Under the pieces are notes generated by a model. It did not search any database, had not been told where the DNA came from, and saw nothing but the letters and a program-made list of their open reading frames with translations. DNA of 49,288 nt from Octopus bimaculoides (Eukaryota), in the NCBI RefSeq assembly GCF_001194135.2, contig NC_068984.1, forward strand, positions 88,654,757 through 88,704,044. Direction: 5' to 3'. The position numbers were made by a program, and so were the translations under genes. Shown here piece after piece: positions 10,263 through 21,965 of the stretch. Position 1 is the first letter of the stretch. Every line of letters starts with the position of its first letter.

Positions 10263-10439
10263 GTAAAAAGTTTCTTATTCTTTATTTCTTCATACAACTT
10301 GGTAATATTTCTAAGAATATGTGTTTTGCCTGGTTATGATTTTGTTTTGATTATTTTCACACATGGAGTGATATGATTGCTTTTTCATAAGTTTCAAATC
10401 AAGTAATTTTCATATTTATACTGGATTTGTTTCTTACAG

Positions 10440-10452
10440 CAGCCTCCTCTAA
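10440..10452 (+). CDS. Candidate 13-nt micro-exon of an unknown gene
   Basis: GATTTGTTTCTTACAG|CAGCCTCCTCTAA|GTAAGA. Splice signals only. Confidence 0.25.
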
Positions 10453-10964
10453 GTAAGAAACATTTTAAAACATCATTTAACTATCAAAGTGTTAAAATTT
10501 AATTTAATGTATATGCTTTCGAGCTTGCAATAATAGATATTACAAGCTAAATCTTATTTACACTATTTCTATGAATTTTTTACATGTAAAAGTCTATTTG
10601 GAATTTAAATATGATTTTTCTTTATTTCTTTTTTATTATTAAGAAGTCCAATGAAGAAGAGCAGTGGTCATAACCTTGGTAGACCTTCCCAGACACATGA
10701 AGTTGTTCCTGTTGTCCCTGACCAAGCAGGCCTATGATCAAAAACAATGACCTTATCTAATTTAAGATGGTAGGGTATGATTTAAGTACATCTGGCAGGT
10801 ATTTTTTGCAGGATGGGTGACCAGGTAAAGGCTTCTGCATTTGCTTGAGGCTGGCAAGGTTGATATAGTTGATGTTTAACTTGATTGAAGCTTGTAAGAT
10901 GAGTGGAGGCTGAAGGGAGTTCCAGAGAATTGTGTTCTGGGCAGTGGGGAGTGGATTAGGTGAG

Positions 10965-11290
10965 GTGTTTCATATATGGTTTAGTGGTTCAGATATTTGG
11001 CTTGTAAGGTCATGAGTTTGATTCCCAGCTTTGTGTTGTGTCCTTCAGCAAGACACTTTATTTCATATTGCTCCAGTCCTCTCAGCTGGCAAAAATGAAT
11101 TGTACCTATATTTCAAAGGGCCAGCCTTGTCACATTCCGTGTCACACTGAATTTCTCAGAGAACTACGTTAAGTGTACGCATGTCTGTGGAGAGCTCAGC
11201 CATTTGCATGTTAATTTCATGAGCAGGCTGTTCCATTGATCAGTTCAACTGGAACACTCATCATCATAATCGATGGACTGCCAGTAAGTG
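10965..11290 (+). mobile_element. tRNA-derived SINE family 2 (conserved central domain), degenerate
   Basis: Shares CCTTGTCAC..GAGAACTACGTTAAG..CAGGCTGTTCC..CAACTGGAAC with 27909-28292 and 46746-47110. Confidence 0.8.
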
Positions 11291-11537
11291 GATGATGAAA
11301 AGGGAAGAAGAGAATGCATCTGGTAGTAAGGGAACTGGTATAGCATGAACAAAAGAGATAGAGAAGGAAAGGGAGGGGGAAGAAATTACATTATATTCCA
11401 GTTGTACTTTGTAAGTAAAGCTTTCCTTTTGGGGTGTAATCTAAATTGTTAATGAGTACAACAGGTTATCTGCCACAGATATGTGAACAATTCTCTGTTA
11501 GTTGCACTTGTGCTTTGTGGAGATTTAGTAAATTTTC

Positions 11538-11710
11538 AGGCGCAGGAGTGGCTGTGTGGTAAGTAGCTTGCTTACCAACCACATGGTTCCGTGTTCATTC
11601 CCACTGCATGGCATCGTGGGCAAGTGTCTTCTGCTATAGCCTCGGGCTGACCAAAGCCTTGTGAGTGGATTTGGTAAACAGAAACTGAAAGAAGCCCGTC
11701 ATATATATGT
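11538..11710 (+). mobile_element. SINE family 1, 5' half running into a gap
   Basis: GGCGCAGGAGTGGCTGTGTGGTAAGTAGCTTGCTTACCAACCAC. Confidence 0.88.
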
Positions 11711-12128
11711 NNNNNNNNNNNNNNNNNNNNNNNNNNNNNNNNNNNNNNNNNNNNNNNNNNNNNNNNNNNNNNNNNNNNNNNNNNNNNNNNNNNNNNNNNN
11801 NNNNNNNNNNNNNNNNNNNNNNNNNNNNNNNNNNNNNNNNNNNNNNNNNNNNNNNNNNNNNNNNNNNNNNNNNNNNNNNNNNNNNNNNNNNNNNNNNNNN
11901 NNNNNNNNNNNNNNNNNNNNNNNNNNNNNNNNNNNNNNNNNNNNNNNNNNNNNNNNNNNNNNNNNNNNNNNNNNNNNNNNNNNNNNNNNNNNNNNNNNNN
12001 NNNNNNNNNNNNNNNNNNNNNNNNNNNAAAAGAATAAAAGAGAGCTGACTGACGTATTATTTTTCTCCTTGGGCCTTCAACTCCTGATGAAGTGGTAGGA
12101 TTTGTGTCAGAGCATATGGAGAAAAGAG

Positions 12129-12159
<31 letters not shown>

Positions 12160-12236
12160 CAGAGAGAAGAATACGAAGGGGGACGAGGAGAAGTTGAAGG
12201 AGGAGAAGAAGGGGAGGAAGAGTAGGTATTGGTGGT

Positions 12237-12267
<31 letters not shown>

Positions 12268-12544
12268 GAGGAGGAGATAAAGGATTGACTTCAGTGCTTG
12301 ACTGATATTGTATTTATTGACCCCCAAAAGAATGAGAGACTAAGTTGATCTTGGTGGAATTTGAACAAACTGTAGGGAAGCAAAATGGGTACCACCACAA
12401 AGCACTCAGTTTCATACTTTAATGCTTCCACTAATTTACCACCATATGATTGATGTATATTTGGACTCAAAAAGAAAGTCTGATTATTGCAATGCAGTTT
12501 TGGCCTTTATAACATTGGTTTCAAATATTATAAAGTTGAGTACA

Positions 12545-12700
12545 TTAACTCCAGTGAGCAACTGATCCTTATTTTATTGACCCCAAAAGGATGAAAGGCA
12601 AAGTCAACCTGAGCAGAATTTGAACTCAGATCATAGAGATGGACAAAATGCTGCTAAGCATTTTGCTCGTCATGCTAACAATTCTGCCAGCTCACCACCC
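12545..12700 (-). mobile_element. tRNA-derived SINE family 3 (short)
   Basis: Reverse complement of GGTGAGCTGGCAGAATTGTTAGC..GAGTTCAAATTC..GACTTTGCCTTTCATCC. Fragments also at about 12290-12400 and 13140-13290. Confidence 0.8.
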
Positions 12701-12880
12701 TAGCCCCAGAAAAAAAAAAAATCAAGACATTAAACATCTGTAATTACTACTTTACTTCAAGAAATGAGTTCTAGCTAGGGGTTACATATAACTCTTAGTC
12801 ATAAATATTATGACACTGCAACTAAACAAAAGCTGTTTACTGTTTATTATGAATATGTTCCGGTATCTTCCATAATAAAC

Positions 12881-13019
12881 CAGCACTGTCTTAAAGCAAT
12901 AGCCCAGGGGCCCCACAGGTCTAGGGATTCACTTCTGATCTATGTATGCTTTGTCAATATTATAGGGACCCAGTGCACTGATTTGTCCTGGGGCCTATAA
13001 TGCTGCTAAGATGGTCCTG
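12881..13019. mobile_element. Small hAT-like MITE (CAGGG-type TIR), degenerate
   Basis: Ends CAGCACTGTCTTAAAGCA and TGCTGCTAAGATGGTCCTG. Flanks TAATAAAC and CAATGAAC match 6/8, consistent with a decayed 8-bp TSD. Confidence 0.6.
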
Positions 13020-13799
13020 CAATGAACCACACTGGATTTCTGTTTACACCTAAAAGTGGTGGAACAGTGCTTAATTACAAGTAATCTGCTTCATTACTTA
13101 TCCAATAATTCAAGTCTTGTTACATTCTATAGCTGAAAAACACTTTGCTCTTAGCTGAGTAGATGTTGTTGGGGTCGACTTTGCCTTTCATCATTTAGAG
13201 CTCAATAAAATAAGTAGTAGCTGAGCACTGGGGTGATGTAATTGACTAGCCCCACCCAACAAAATTTTAGATCTTATGCTCCATTAGAAGAGATTAATTG
13301 CTGAATATAAAAGATTATGCTACCATAATTTAGTTTAGAACTGGCTGTGTAATCAGTAAGGGCTGTATAGTTTAACTATATCATGCACTTATCTATACTT
13401 ACACAACCTTTCAACTCATGCTAACTTGAATAAAGGAATATGACATAGCAAAAAGTAAAACTTCAGTACTGTCTGGGAACCACCCCTTTTATATTTAAAG
13501 CCTGGCACAAATAGTATTTCATTTTATTAATTTAATCTAAAGGTTAGATTGAATGTATCTCCACCATTTATTAGTGCCATTTTAGATAACAAAATATATT
13601 GGAAAACTTCCACTCATAAAACATAACTTAATGACACTTGTAATTACACTGATTATTTCACTTGCAACTGTTCCAAAATAATTAAATACACTTATTTCAT
13701 AGCTTCTTGTCACTTTATCCCTTCTGTTCCTTCCATCCCACCTCTCTCTAGCCTTATCTTTCTTACACATTCACCCATGCACCCTTATGCTCCTCCTTC

Positions 13800-13839
<40 letters not shown>

Positions 13840-14552
13840 CACACACACGCACACGCACACACACACATACTTACAGACACATGCACACACACGTACACAT
13901 ACATGCATGCACATACACATACACACACGCACACATACGCACATGTATACTAAAAAAAAAAAAATCTTATTTCAAAGATGCCATATAATTTTGTGTAAGT
14001 GGTTGATATTTGATAAATAAAAAATGTTTCATTTTTAGAATCTGTTGATGTTGCTGCCATCAGGACAAATGTGAAGAGGAAGAAAAAGAACTTTGTGTGT
14101 TTCACTTTCAATATTACTGTCAGCCTCAGCTGCAGTAACAGACCCTTTACTGAACTCCTTATATATATATTTTTTTTTGAGGACTTTTGGTTTCATTTCA
14201 CTTGATTCTTCATTTATTTCTTCTTAGCTCACATTGATACAGAAGTTTTTCTATGCTTCTGGAGTATGTATGTAAATCATTTTATATAGTAAATTGTTGC
14301 ATGGCAATATGTTTCTTACATTCCACAAATTTGGTGAATTAATTAACTTTGTGGGGGGAGGAACGGGTATAAATGACAGATTTTCAGGAAAAAAATTATA
14401 GATTGCAGTTCCTCTTATTTTCTTGCTACCAATAAAGAGCCTTTTCAAAAGTTTAAAATAAAAGATCTAATTAAATAGAATTAGCCAAATCTTGTAAGAT
14501 CAAGAAATTTTTCTGCCTTCAATAAAATATGAACAGATGTGGTTGTATGGCT

Positions 14553-14960
14553 AGGAGCAGGCATGGCTGTGTAGTAAGAAGTTTGCTTCTCAAGCACATG
14601 GTTCCAGGTTCAGTTCCACTGTGTAGCACCTCGAGCAAGTGTCTTCTACTATAGCCTTGGGTAGACCAAAGCCTTGTGAGTGGACTTGAGAGATGAAAAC
14701 TGAAAGAAGCCCATCGTATATGTGTATATATATCTATGTGTATGTCTCTGTATCTGTGTTTTTCCCCCACTGTACCACTTGACAACTGGTTTTGGTGTGT
14801 TTATGCCCCTATAACTTAGTGGTTTGGCAAAAGAGAGTGAGAGAATAAGCCACCAGACTTTAAAAAAGAAGTACTGTGGTCGATTCATTCAACTAAAAAT
14901 TCCTCAAGGTAGTGCCTGAGCATGGCCACAGTCTACTGACTGAAACAAGTAAAAGAAAAA
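14553..14960 (+). mobile_element. SINE family 1, full length
   Basis: Head GCAGGCATGGCTGTGTAGTAAG through tail GACTGAAACAAGTAAAAG. Confidence 0.88.
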
Positions 14961-16488
14961 AGATTTACATGAGCTGCCATTGCACCAAATATATGTGCAG
15001 TTGCTCAAAATGAAGTAATAACTCCGGACCATTGCTCGAGTAACAAGAAAAACAGCAATCATTTGTTCATATGAACAACAAACGAAAGACATGTTAGAAA
15101 GGTGATGTTGCCTGATAGTGATGCAAGGGTAAAGAGGGAATAATTCCTGCAGCAAACATGAAATGAAAAATGTATTATTTTGGACCTAAAAAATTGGGAG
15201 CAAGTGAGCTGATTAAGAGTTACTAAATATTTGTAAGTAATATATTAATTTACTCACTTCTGTACATGTTGCATAATAGTTTCTTTCATTTGATAAAAGA
15301 GTGGGCTGGCTGCATTGAACACCAAGCTGTCGGGGTGTATTATAAATCAGGAAGGTCTGCTATGGAATAGTAATTCTTTAAAGGAAATATTTGGGTTCTC
15401 AACCTTTAGAATCTGTGGCAGGAACTAATTGTTTAAAGATGTGTTATCTTATTGTGATAAGTTGTTTTGGTTTGCTAACTGTGTCACTAATTCCACTAGC
15501 AATCCATCAGTAGCTTTTAGCATCCTCATGGTTCTATGAGGAAGCCTGGTTCCTCTACCAAAACTCACTTTGTAAATGGACATGTATATGAGTGCAGTCA
15601 TTCTTTGAATGGGTGACCTTTCAATCAAACCAACTCAAAGCCTCTTTGTTCCATTCTTAAGTTTTATATGACAATATTGTACAGTAACACTGTTCTTTTC
15701 CTTCTTTCATTGTTACTGAATATCATTGTGCCTACATTATCACATTTTATATAGTAAAGTATTGATTCAACATTATCATTTGTTTTACTATCCTAAATAC
15801 CTAAACATTTCAATCTTTTCAGTTTCTTACATTTGGAAACTTGTTCAACATTTTTTCCTGCCACATTTATCTTTAATAATTCACTCTTGTCTTTTCTTTA
15901 ATAATTTTCATTTTATTTATTTATTTTTCTCCGAGCAAAATTTCATTACAAAAACAATAAACACAAAATAAAAATTAAAAATTAAATCACTACCTTGTAA
16001 TATTAATACTTAGTCATAGAAAAAGTATTTTTAGACATTCTTTCACTTTTACTTTCTTTCATGAAGGTTAGAAAATGAAATTGTGAAATATGTTACATCT
16101 ACCAGATGGAAACAGGGTTGCAGTTTTTGAAATATATTTTTATTTCTTGATTCTTTTTTCTATGCTAACGTATGAGGTATGATTTAACATATTTAAGTAT
16201 TTGCATATTTGAATCATATTTCAATTCCAACTGTCCAAAGTGTTTTATAATTAGTTGCCCTTCCAAATACTAATCATGGAGGGGAAGTGGGTGGTACTTC
16301 TTACCAGTGAAAGTAGTGATGAGAGAGGGTAGAGGAAAACTGTAACAACAAGAACAATAATAAATTTCAAATATTTAAATTATAGTTTTTAAGCCTCTCA
16401 CTGTGGAACTCTAAACACATGTGAATACATCTTGTTTCTCTCTTCATACAGAGAAAAATAAAGAAAATTGCAATGACATATTTTGCAG

Positions 16489-16612
16489 TTTGTTGACCAT
16501 TCTTCAGAGGACAAGTACCCTTTCATTCTTCTGTTTTCAAAGAAAGCTGATAGAAAAATTGTTATTGAAATCAGTCTCAAAGTAGAACATAAGTCTAATT
16601 TGAATGTTGCAG
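16489..16612 (+). CDS. Candidate 124-nt internal exon of an unknown gene
   Basis: TATTTTGCAG| then open frame FVDHSSEDKYPFILLFSKKADRKIVIEISLKVEHKSNLNVA then G|GTAACA. Non-repetitive, no recognised homology. Confidence 0.3.
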
Positions 16613-16899
16613 GTAACAAAAAACCTAAGATAAACTACACTCATTAGGCCTTTTGTTATGGAATCGCTGTGTTTTGTTGAAGATCTTTGACTCAGGCATC
16701 AAGCCCATCGTCTCCATTCCTTGAAACTTGAACAATTCTGAAAGGTATGCTGAAAATCTGTATGCACACATTTGGAATTGAATACTCACATTCTATTTTG
16801 TTCATCAAAGACTTCAGTATTATGGAATCAGTTGCCATGTCATGCCTTTTCCATCCAGGCTCATAGGACGTCTTTAGTGTCCTTATGCTGGTTAACACA

Positions 16900-18030
16900 A
16901 CCTTCGAGTTTTGCGCCAAAAAATTAACCAAGAACTTTTCTCACCACTACCACTTTAACTGCAAAGTCCTTTCCAACAACCTCTTATAACTTAGCTATTT
17001 ATCTACCCACTTCTATCTCATGCTTTAGACTGCTAATATCTTACTACACCTTACTGCTTCTACTCTAATTTTCATTTACAACTCAACAACAACCTTTTGT
17101 TTATAATTGTTCCCACCAATTTCTCTTAACCAGATCTCTAATCTGCTTCATCTTCCAGTAATTGGATTTCCCTTTATGTGCACCCTATAGATTGACTGCA
17201 CGGGTCACAAATCGACAACACGAAAATATTACCTTCGTAATAATACAAGCACAATTTGAATGACCCACTGCGATATGCTCATGACTATACTGGAACATTT
17301 GAATAATCTAATGGAAATGTATTAGAGAGCTGAAACTATCTGATGAAACTTAAAAGGTTTTTGCAAGCTTTTTTTCCTAAGTATTAATCTCACCCGATCC
17401 CGAAGGGCATCTAAGATGCCATTCCAGTCACCCACTAATACTAATAAGTGAGATGTTTCAAAAAAGATCTCCAGGTTCATCAAGAAGTTTACTCGTCTTG
17501 CTCCCATCAAGAACAACAAGATAAAGTTTCTACTTTGACGGTTACACAAGTCATTACCCCAACCTACAATGCTGATAGATCGCCCTTATATTGAAATCCA
17601 GGCCTTTCCAACAATACCGGGACCTACTACGTCCTGGGCCACTGAAAATGTAGGCACTTTGTAGTCGTGTTGGCAAATTGCAGTCGATGAGAAAAAAATA
17701 TTTACTCAAACATTGGCTTTCCGTTTGCACTCCCAAATGCAACTGTGAGATGTGCCTTGATTTAAGAATGACGTCTACTGACATCGTATGGGACGTGTTG
17801 CTGATAGATTATGGTTGTAGTCTTCGCAAATAGTCTACTCTTTTATGGTTTATGGAGAAATAATTTTATCTCCTTTCCCGCTAATGCAGTGTCTTTTCGT
17901 TTTTTCTTGCTTTAGATGCCTTATCAGCACTGTGTTGTCCTCGGTGAGGTGGTCGATGTTACCTCATTTGCAACACATTCGTCTCCACAACTATTTGATG
18001 CCAAAACTTCAAATAAATTGTGCTAAATAA
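16900..18030 (-). mobile_element. Tx1/L1-clade LINE ORF2 endonuclease region, heavily decayed
   Basis: LLVLVGDWNGILD..RDR (APE-endonuclease GDFN motif), NYWKMK (GYWKLN-like) and KIRVEAVRCSKILA on the minus strand. Confidence 0.7.
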
Positions 18031-18916
18031 TTTGTCATTGTGCATCGAGAGATTTTTCGATCTGGATATTGGTTGATATTTGTTTCACAGTAGCCATGAC
18101 AGAGTACCATTTTTAAGGGTTAACTCCGTAGTATGAACCTGAGTATTTTATTTCGTCAGATGCAAAGTGTAAAATAGATATTAGTGTCGTGGAAAATAAC
18201 TTGGTTTGACATAAATACTACGGAGTAATTATTTTTAATGCACCAGTTTTTGTTCATCCTAAATTAATATAAACCATGTGACCCACGTATAATAGTCATG
18301 CTTTTCATTATAGATTTGCTTTCGATCAGGGTTGGCATTAGCCAAACAACAGCAACAAAGAAATAATATACCATACATTCTGCCAATTTCCAACTTTCCA
18401 ACGCACCGAATATATCCACAGTCACATCTCCATTAAACATCGCTAGGTAGAATCAGAACACTGAAGACTATGAGAATCTGACACTTTGATTATAACTAAT
18501 GCTGCTAGAATATGATGAATGTTGAAGGCAATGATTATGATATTGGAAAATTTTGTGAGGGTGGCTTCTGTACACAGAACAGTTAAGTGGTAGTTATCAT
18601 ACTTATTATTAATTATGCCTCATATGTGCAGCACATTTATAAACTGCTACCCTTCAATGTACCCCTAACCATCAATTTTATGAACTCATCTGAGGTATAA
18701 TTGTAATATAATTTTCTGGTGATGAAATTTTCAACACACCATTTAAATAGTAACAACGGAATTAAACTGTTAATGCAATGAATTTAATTGATTTGCGCTA
18801 TACTCATTGCGAGGAGCAAACATTATAAGCAGAATGATTAATTTCTATTAAGGCAAGAGAAGCAAATTCGAAAATGAAAGTAAGAAAGTTTAATTAGAAA
18901 TATGGTTGTCTTTGGA

Positions 18917-19212
18917 GGGTCATAATAAACGTACACACTGGTTCAAAATCAACTCTCAATTGTTAGTCAGTTAAATATCTAGCCAACTAACTAATCGGTT
19001 GTTTATTTGTCAAAGTCGTTTCGTCGCTATTCGTGACCTCATCAATAACATGTCTTCACTCTTCAAGGTCTGTCTCAAGTCTTTGATTGTTTAACCAACA
19101 CATTAAACAAACAACCGATCATTTAGCTGGTTACATATTTAACCGATTAACTAACAGTAAAGAAGTGATATTGAACTAGTGCATGTGTTTAGTATTGTTG
19201 GAGTAATGACCC
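18917..19212. mobile_element. Foldback element with diverged inverted arms of about 90 bp and a decayed HHR core in the loop
   Basis: Arms at about 18917-19011 and 19104-19212, outer ends GGGTCAT/ATGACCC. Loop minus strand reads TTGATGA-G-GTC(ACGAATAGC)GAC-GAAA-CG. Confidence 0.65.
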
Positions 19213-19506
19213 TGCCACGACACAGCAAAATTTGTTTCAATACACGAATTCGCATCAAGAATCTTGAAAACCAAATACAAAAATACAGTAATTACAAGTA
19301 GAATGCTGTTAGTTTATGTTATACACTGTGGTGAGCTAATATTTTAATATTCATGCTTATTGTGGATGAATGCATACGCTGTAAACAAACCAAAAAGAAG
19401 ATATGGTACCTGTATATGATTCTGTTTATGAAGATTTAAACAACTATACTCTGATACACACAGCAGAAACATTCGCGCACACACTTAACAAATATGTATT
19501 TATATA

Positions 19507-19541
<35 letters not shown>

Positions 19542-19925
19542 NNNNNNNNNNNNNNNNNNNNNNNNNNNNNNNNNNNNNNNNNNNNNNNNNNNNNNATAAG
19601 CAATGTTAATTCTCTAAATGAAGTATTAACAGTAACTGCACGATAAAGTGTAGTATATTGCCACTTAAGTGTGGCTGACCCCTAGGGGTGGATGTTACTG
19701 TTGCTTTTAGCCCCAGGAGGACATCTCCTCCAGCTGGCTTATCGACACACGACTGTGTCCTGTTTGCCAAGGGAAGTTATCCCTCTCACCACGATCTGCA
19801 GCACGAACGGATCCGGATTTCAGGGTTATTTCCCTTCGTCGGGAAATATTGTTTCTAGAAAACATAAATCCGAAAGAAGCACACTCTAAGATGTAGAGCA
19901 GTACATATTAAAAATGGGGAAAGCC

Positions 19926-20000
19926 GGTTTATGGGATTACCTTAGGTTTCCTGTCAATAAAAGGGTTTAGCTTTATGGCGTATCGTCAGATCCCAAAACC
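19926..20000 (-). ncRNA. Type I hammerhead ribozyme candidate in the PLE 3' region
   Basis: Minus strand: GGTTTTGGGAT-CTGACGA-[32-nt stem II, distal hairpin only]-GAAA-CC(TAA)GG-TA-ATCCCATAAACC. Stem I is 11 bp with a 1-nt bulge; GUA triplet; cleavage predicted between 19938 and 19937. Confidence 0.65.
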
Positions 20001-20089
20001 TGTTCGCCCATGACCTTTTAAAAATATGGAGGAGGAAATGCCTCACTACTCAAAGGTAACAATTGGGGATTATCTCCCTTTGCTATTGG

Positions 20090-21965
20090 CTATCGACTTC
20101 CGGCTCTGTTGCCATCTTGTGGGCTCCAAAACGCTAGCAGGAACCTCCTGAAATGTAAACATGGCTCGAAAATCTACGTTCTGGAATTAAGGATGTTCCC
20201 TGGTTCGAGCGAGTCTTAGGATTCTCACGCGTCCAGCTATGCATAACTTGCAACGCTTCGTCCCGTTGATGCAAGGTTTTGGGTTCTCGAGAATTTTCCA
20301 TGAGATCGAGTATGGAATCCCATCGTCTCTTAGATGCCATACGTAGCTGGCCGGTGATATTACGTATCTCCTTTCCGCAACTCTGAAGGAGGATCTGTGG
20401 ATGGAGAGACGTTGCTTAAAAGAGTTCCTGAAACATCCAATGTATCTCCATGGGCGTGTGTTGTCGGTGCTGTACCTGCTGGTATTGCCGTTGTTGACGC
20501 TGCTGCCGCCGACATTGCTGTTGTTGGAGCTGGGACTGCTAGTGTTGGCATCGATAATGGTATCACTACTGCCGGTTATGGGGAAGGCACTGTTGTTATT
20601 ATCGTGGTCCTCGTCATTGGTGGGAAAGTTGCCATTGCTGCCAGAGGTGTCATTAGCTGTAGTTCTGCTGGTGTTTCTGCTAGGGCCATTGTCGCTGCTG
20701 CTGCTGTTATTGCCGTTAGCTGGCAGTGGCACTGGACCTGTTGCTGCTGTTATAAGGGTTGACAGGCCTGCTACTGTGGACGTTAGAGAAGTTGTTGGTA
20801 ATGCTGGTGTTGATGGCGATGCTACTGTTGTTGTTAGTGTTGTTGCCGTCGGGGGAATTGCCAAGCTGTCGCTGGTGCTGTTATTATGATTGTTGCTAAT
20901 GTTGTTAACTGTGGCAATGGTGGCGGTGTTGCTGGTTCTGTTCTCGTGTCTACGGCTGCTACTGCTTCTGCCTGTGGTATTGCAAGGGTTTGCTTGTACT
21001 TCGGCTTGATAGACGACCCCTTTGGTTTCGCAGTGGCCTTCCACCGGGCATCTGTTGCGGTCCCTGCATGAACATCCTGCCTCTTCCTATGGCTTAGGGG
21101 CACTAACTAGGATGCTCTTAATATTGGGAGCACAGCTAAACAAGACTCTAACGTTGTGTCTGTTGAAAATGGGCCCGTACCTATGGGAGCTAGTGATGAG
21201 AGAAGGAGGTGGGGGAAACCAAATGGTATTTCTGCGGCGCTTCCTTCTGTGGCTGTTGGGTACCGGCATGTAGGAAATGTGGTGTCTAAATCCGCTGACA
21301 GCTAGGGCCTCGTTATAGTAGGGGGCCGCTGCGTCGGAAATCTCTTGGTTGGAGTAATGGTTCGTGATCTTACTAACACCCTTTACCAGGTTTTTGAACA
21401 TGATGGGTGGGTGGAAGGAGGCTGTGTTGATGTTCGTTAGCCTCTCATTTGGTTTGCAGTAGGGCCTGTATGTACCGGAGCCCAAGTCGATCGTGACGTC
21501 TAAGAAATCCGCGGTTGTGAGGTTGGTCGCTATGGTGATTTTCAATCCCATGGAGGCCAGCGTGCTGATTAGATCTTTTCTAAGCCTGTCTAGTGTATTC
21601 CCGCTTGCTCCCCTAGAGATAGCCAGGACATCATCTCTGTGGAGGCCAAAGAGGACAGAGGGGAACTTTTTCCTGAGGGTATCGAGGATATATAACCCGA
21701 TGAGGTCACATACGTCAGCGCTGTCGTAGGCCACGTCAAAGTAGCCCGTGGGGTCGGATTGCTTGGCCCATGCTGAACCTTTGTTGAATAGCAATGTCTT
21801 TTTGGCATGCATAATAACTTCTATATCACTGTCGCTAATGTTAGCGAATCCCCTAGCGAAAGTAAACGCCTTGGCCAGTAGTTCTTTTGATATAGACGGG
21901 TAAAAGTCGACTATATCTAACTGGGTGAACCTTGCTTTGCCTCTTCCTTTGTTGGTGTTAAACCA
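20090..21965 (-). pseudogene. PLE reverse transcriptase / GIY-YIG endonuclease ORF with in-frame TAG at 21087-21089 and a frameshift near 20200
   Basis: FTQLDIVDFYPSI, YDSADVCDLIG, GLHRDDVLA, DFLDVTIDL, RNTIWFPPP, linker GCSCRDRNRCPVEGHC, GVVY...YIG..NSFKQRLSIHRSSF, WKIL..NGTKRCKLC, NILNSRT*IFEPCLHFRRFLL. Confidence 0.9.

Noticed and set aside
11572-12327. Long ORFs spanning N runs (also 6266-6637, 26597-27625, 40104-40368, 45191-45792)
   Set aside because: Artefacts of translating assembly gaps as X.
20397-20889. Plus-strand Leu/Val/Ala-rich ORFs that look membrane-like
   Set aside because: Antisense shadows of the trinucleotide-rich spacer in the PLE endonuclease.
21087-21089. Selenocysteine recoding of the in-frame stop, as reported for some PLEs
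   Set aside because: The stop is TAG, not TGA, and I saw no SECIS-like hairpin between the ORF end and the HHR.
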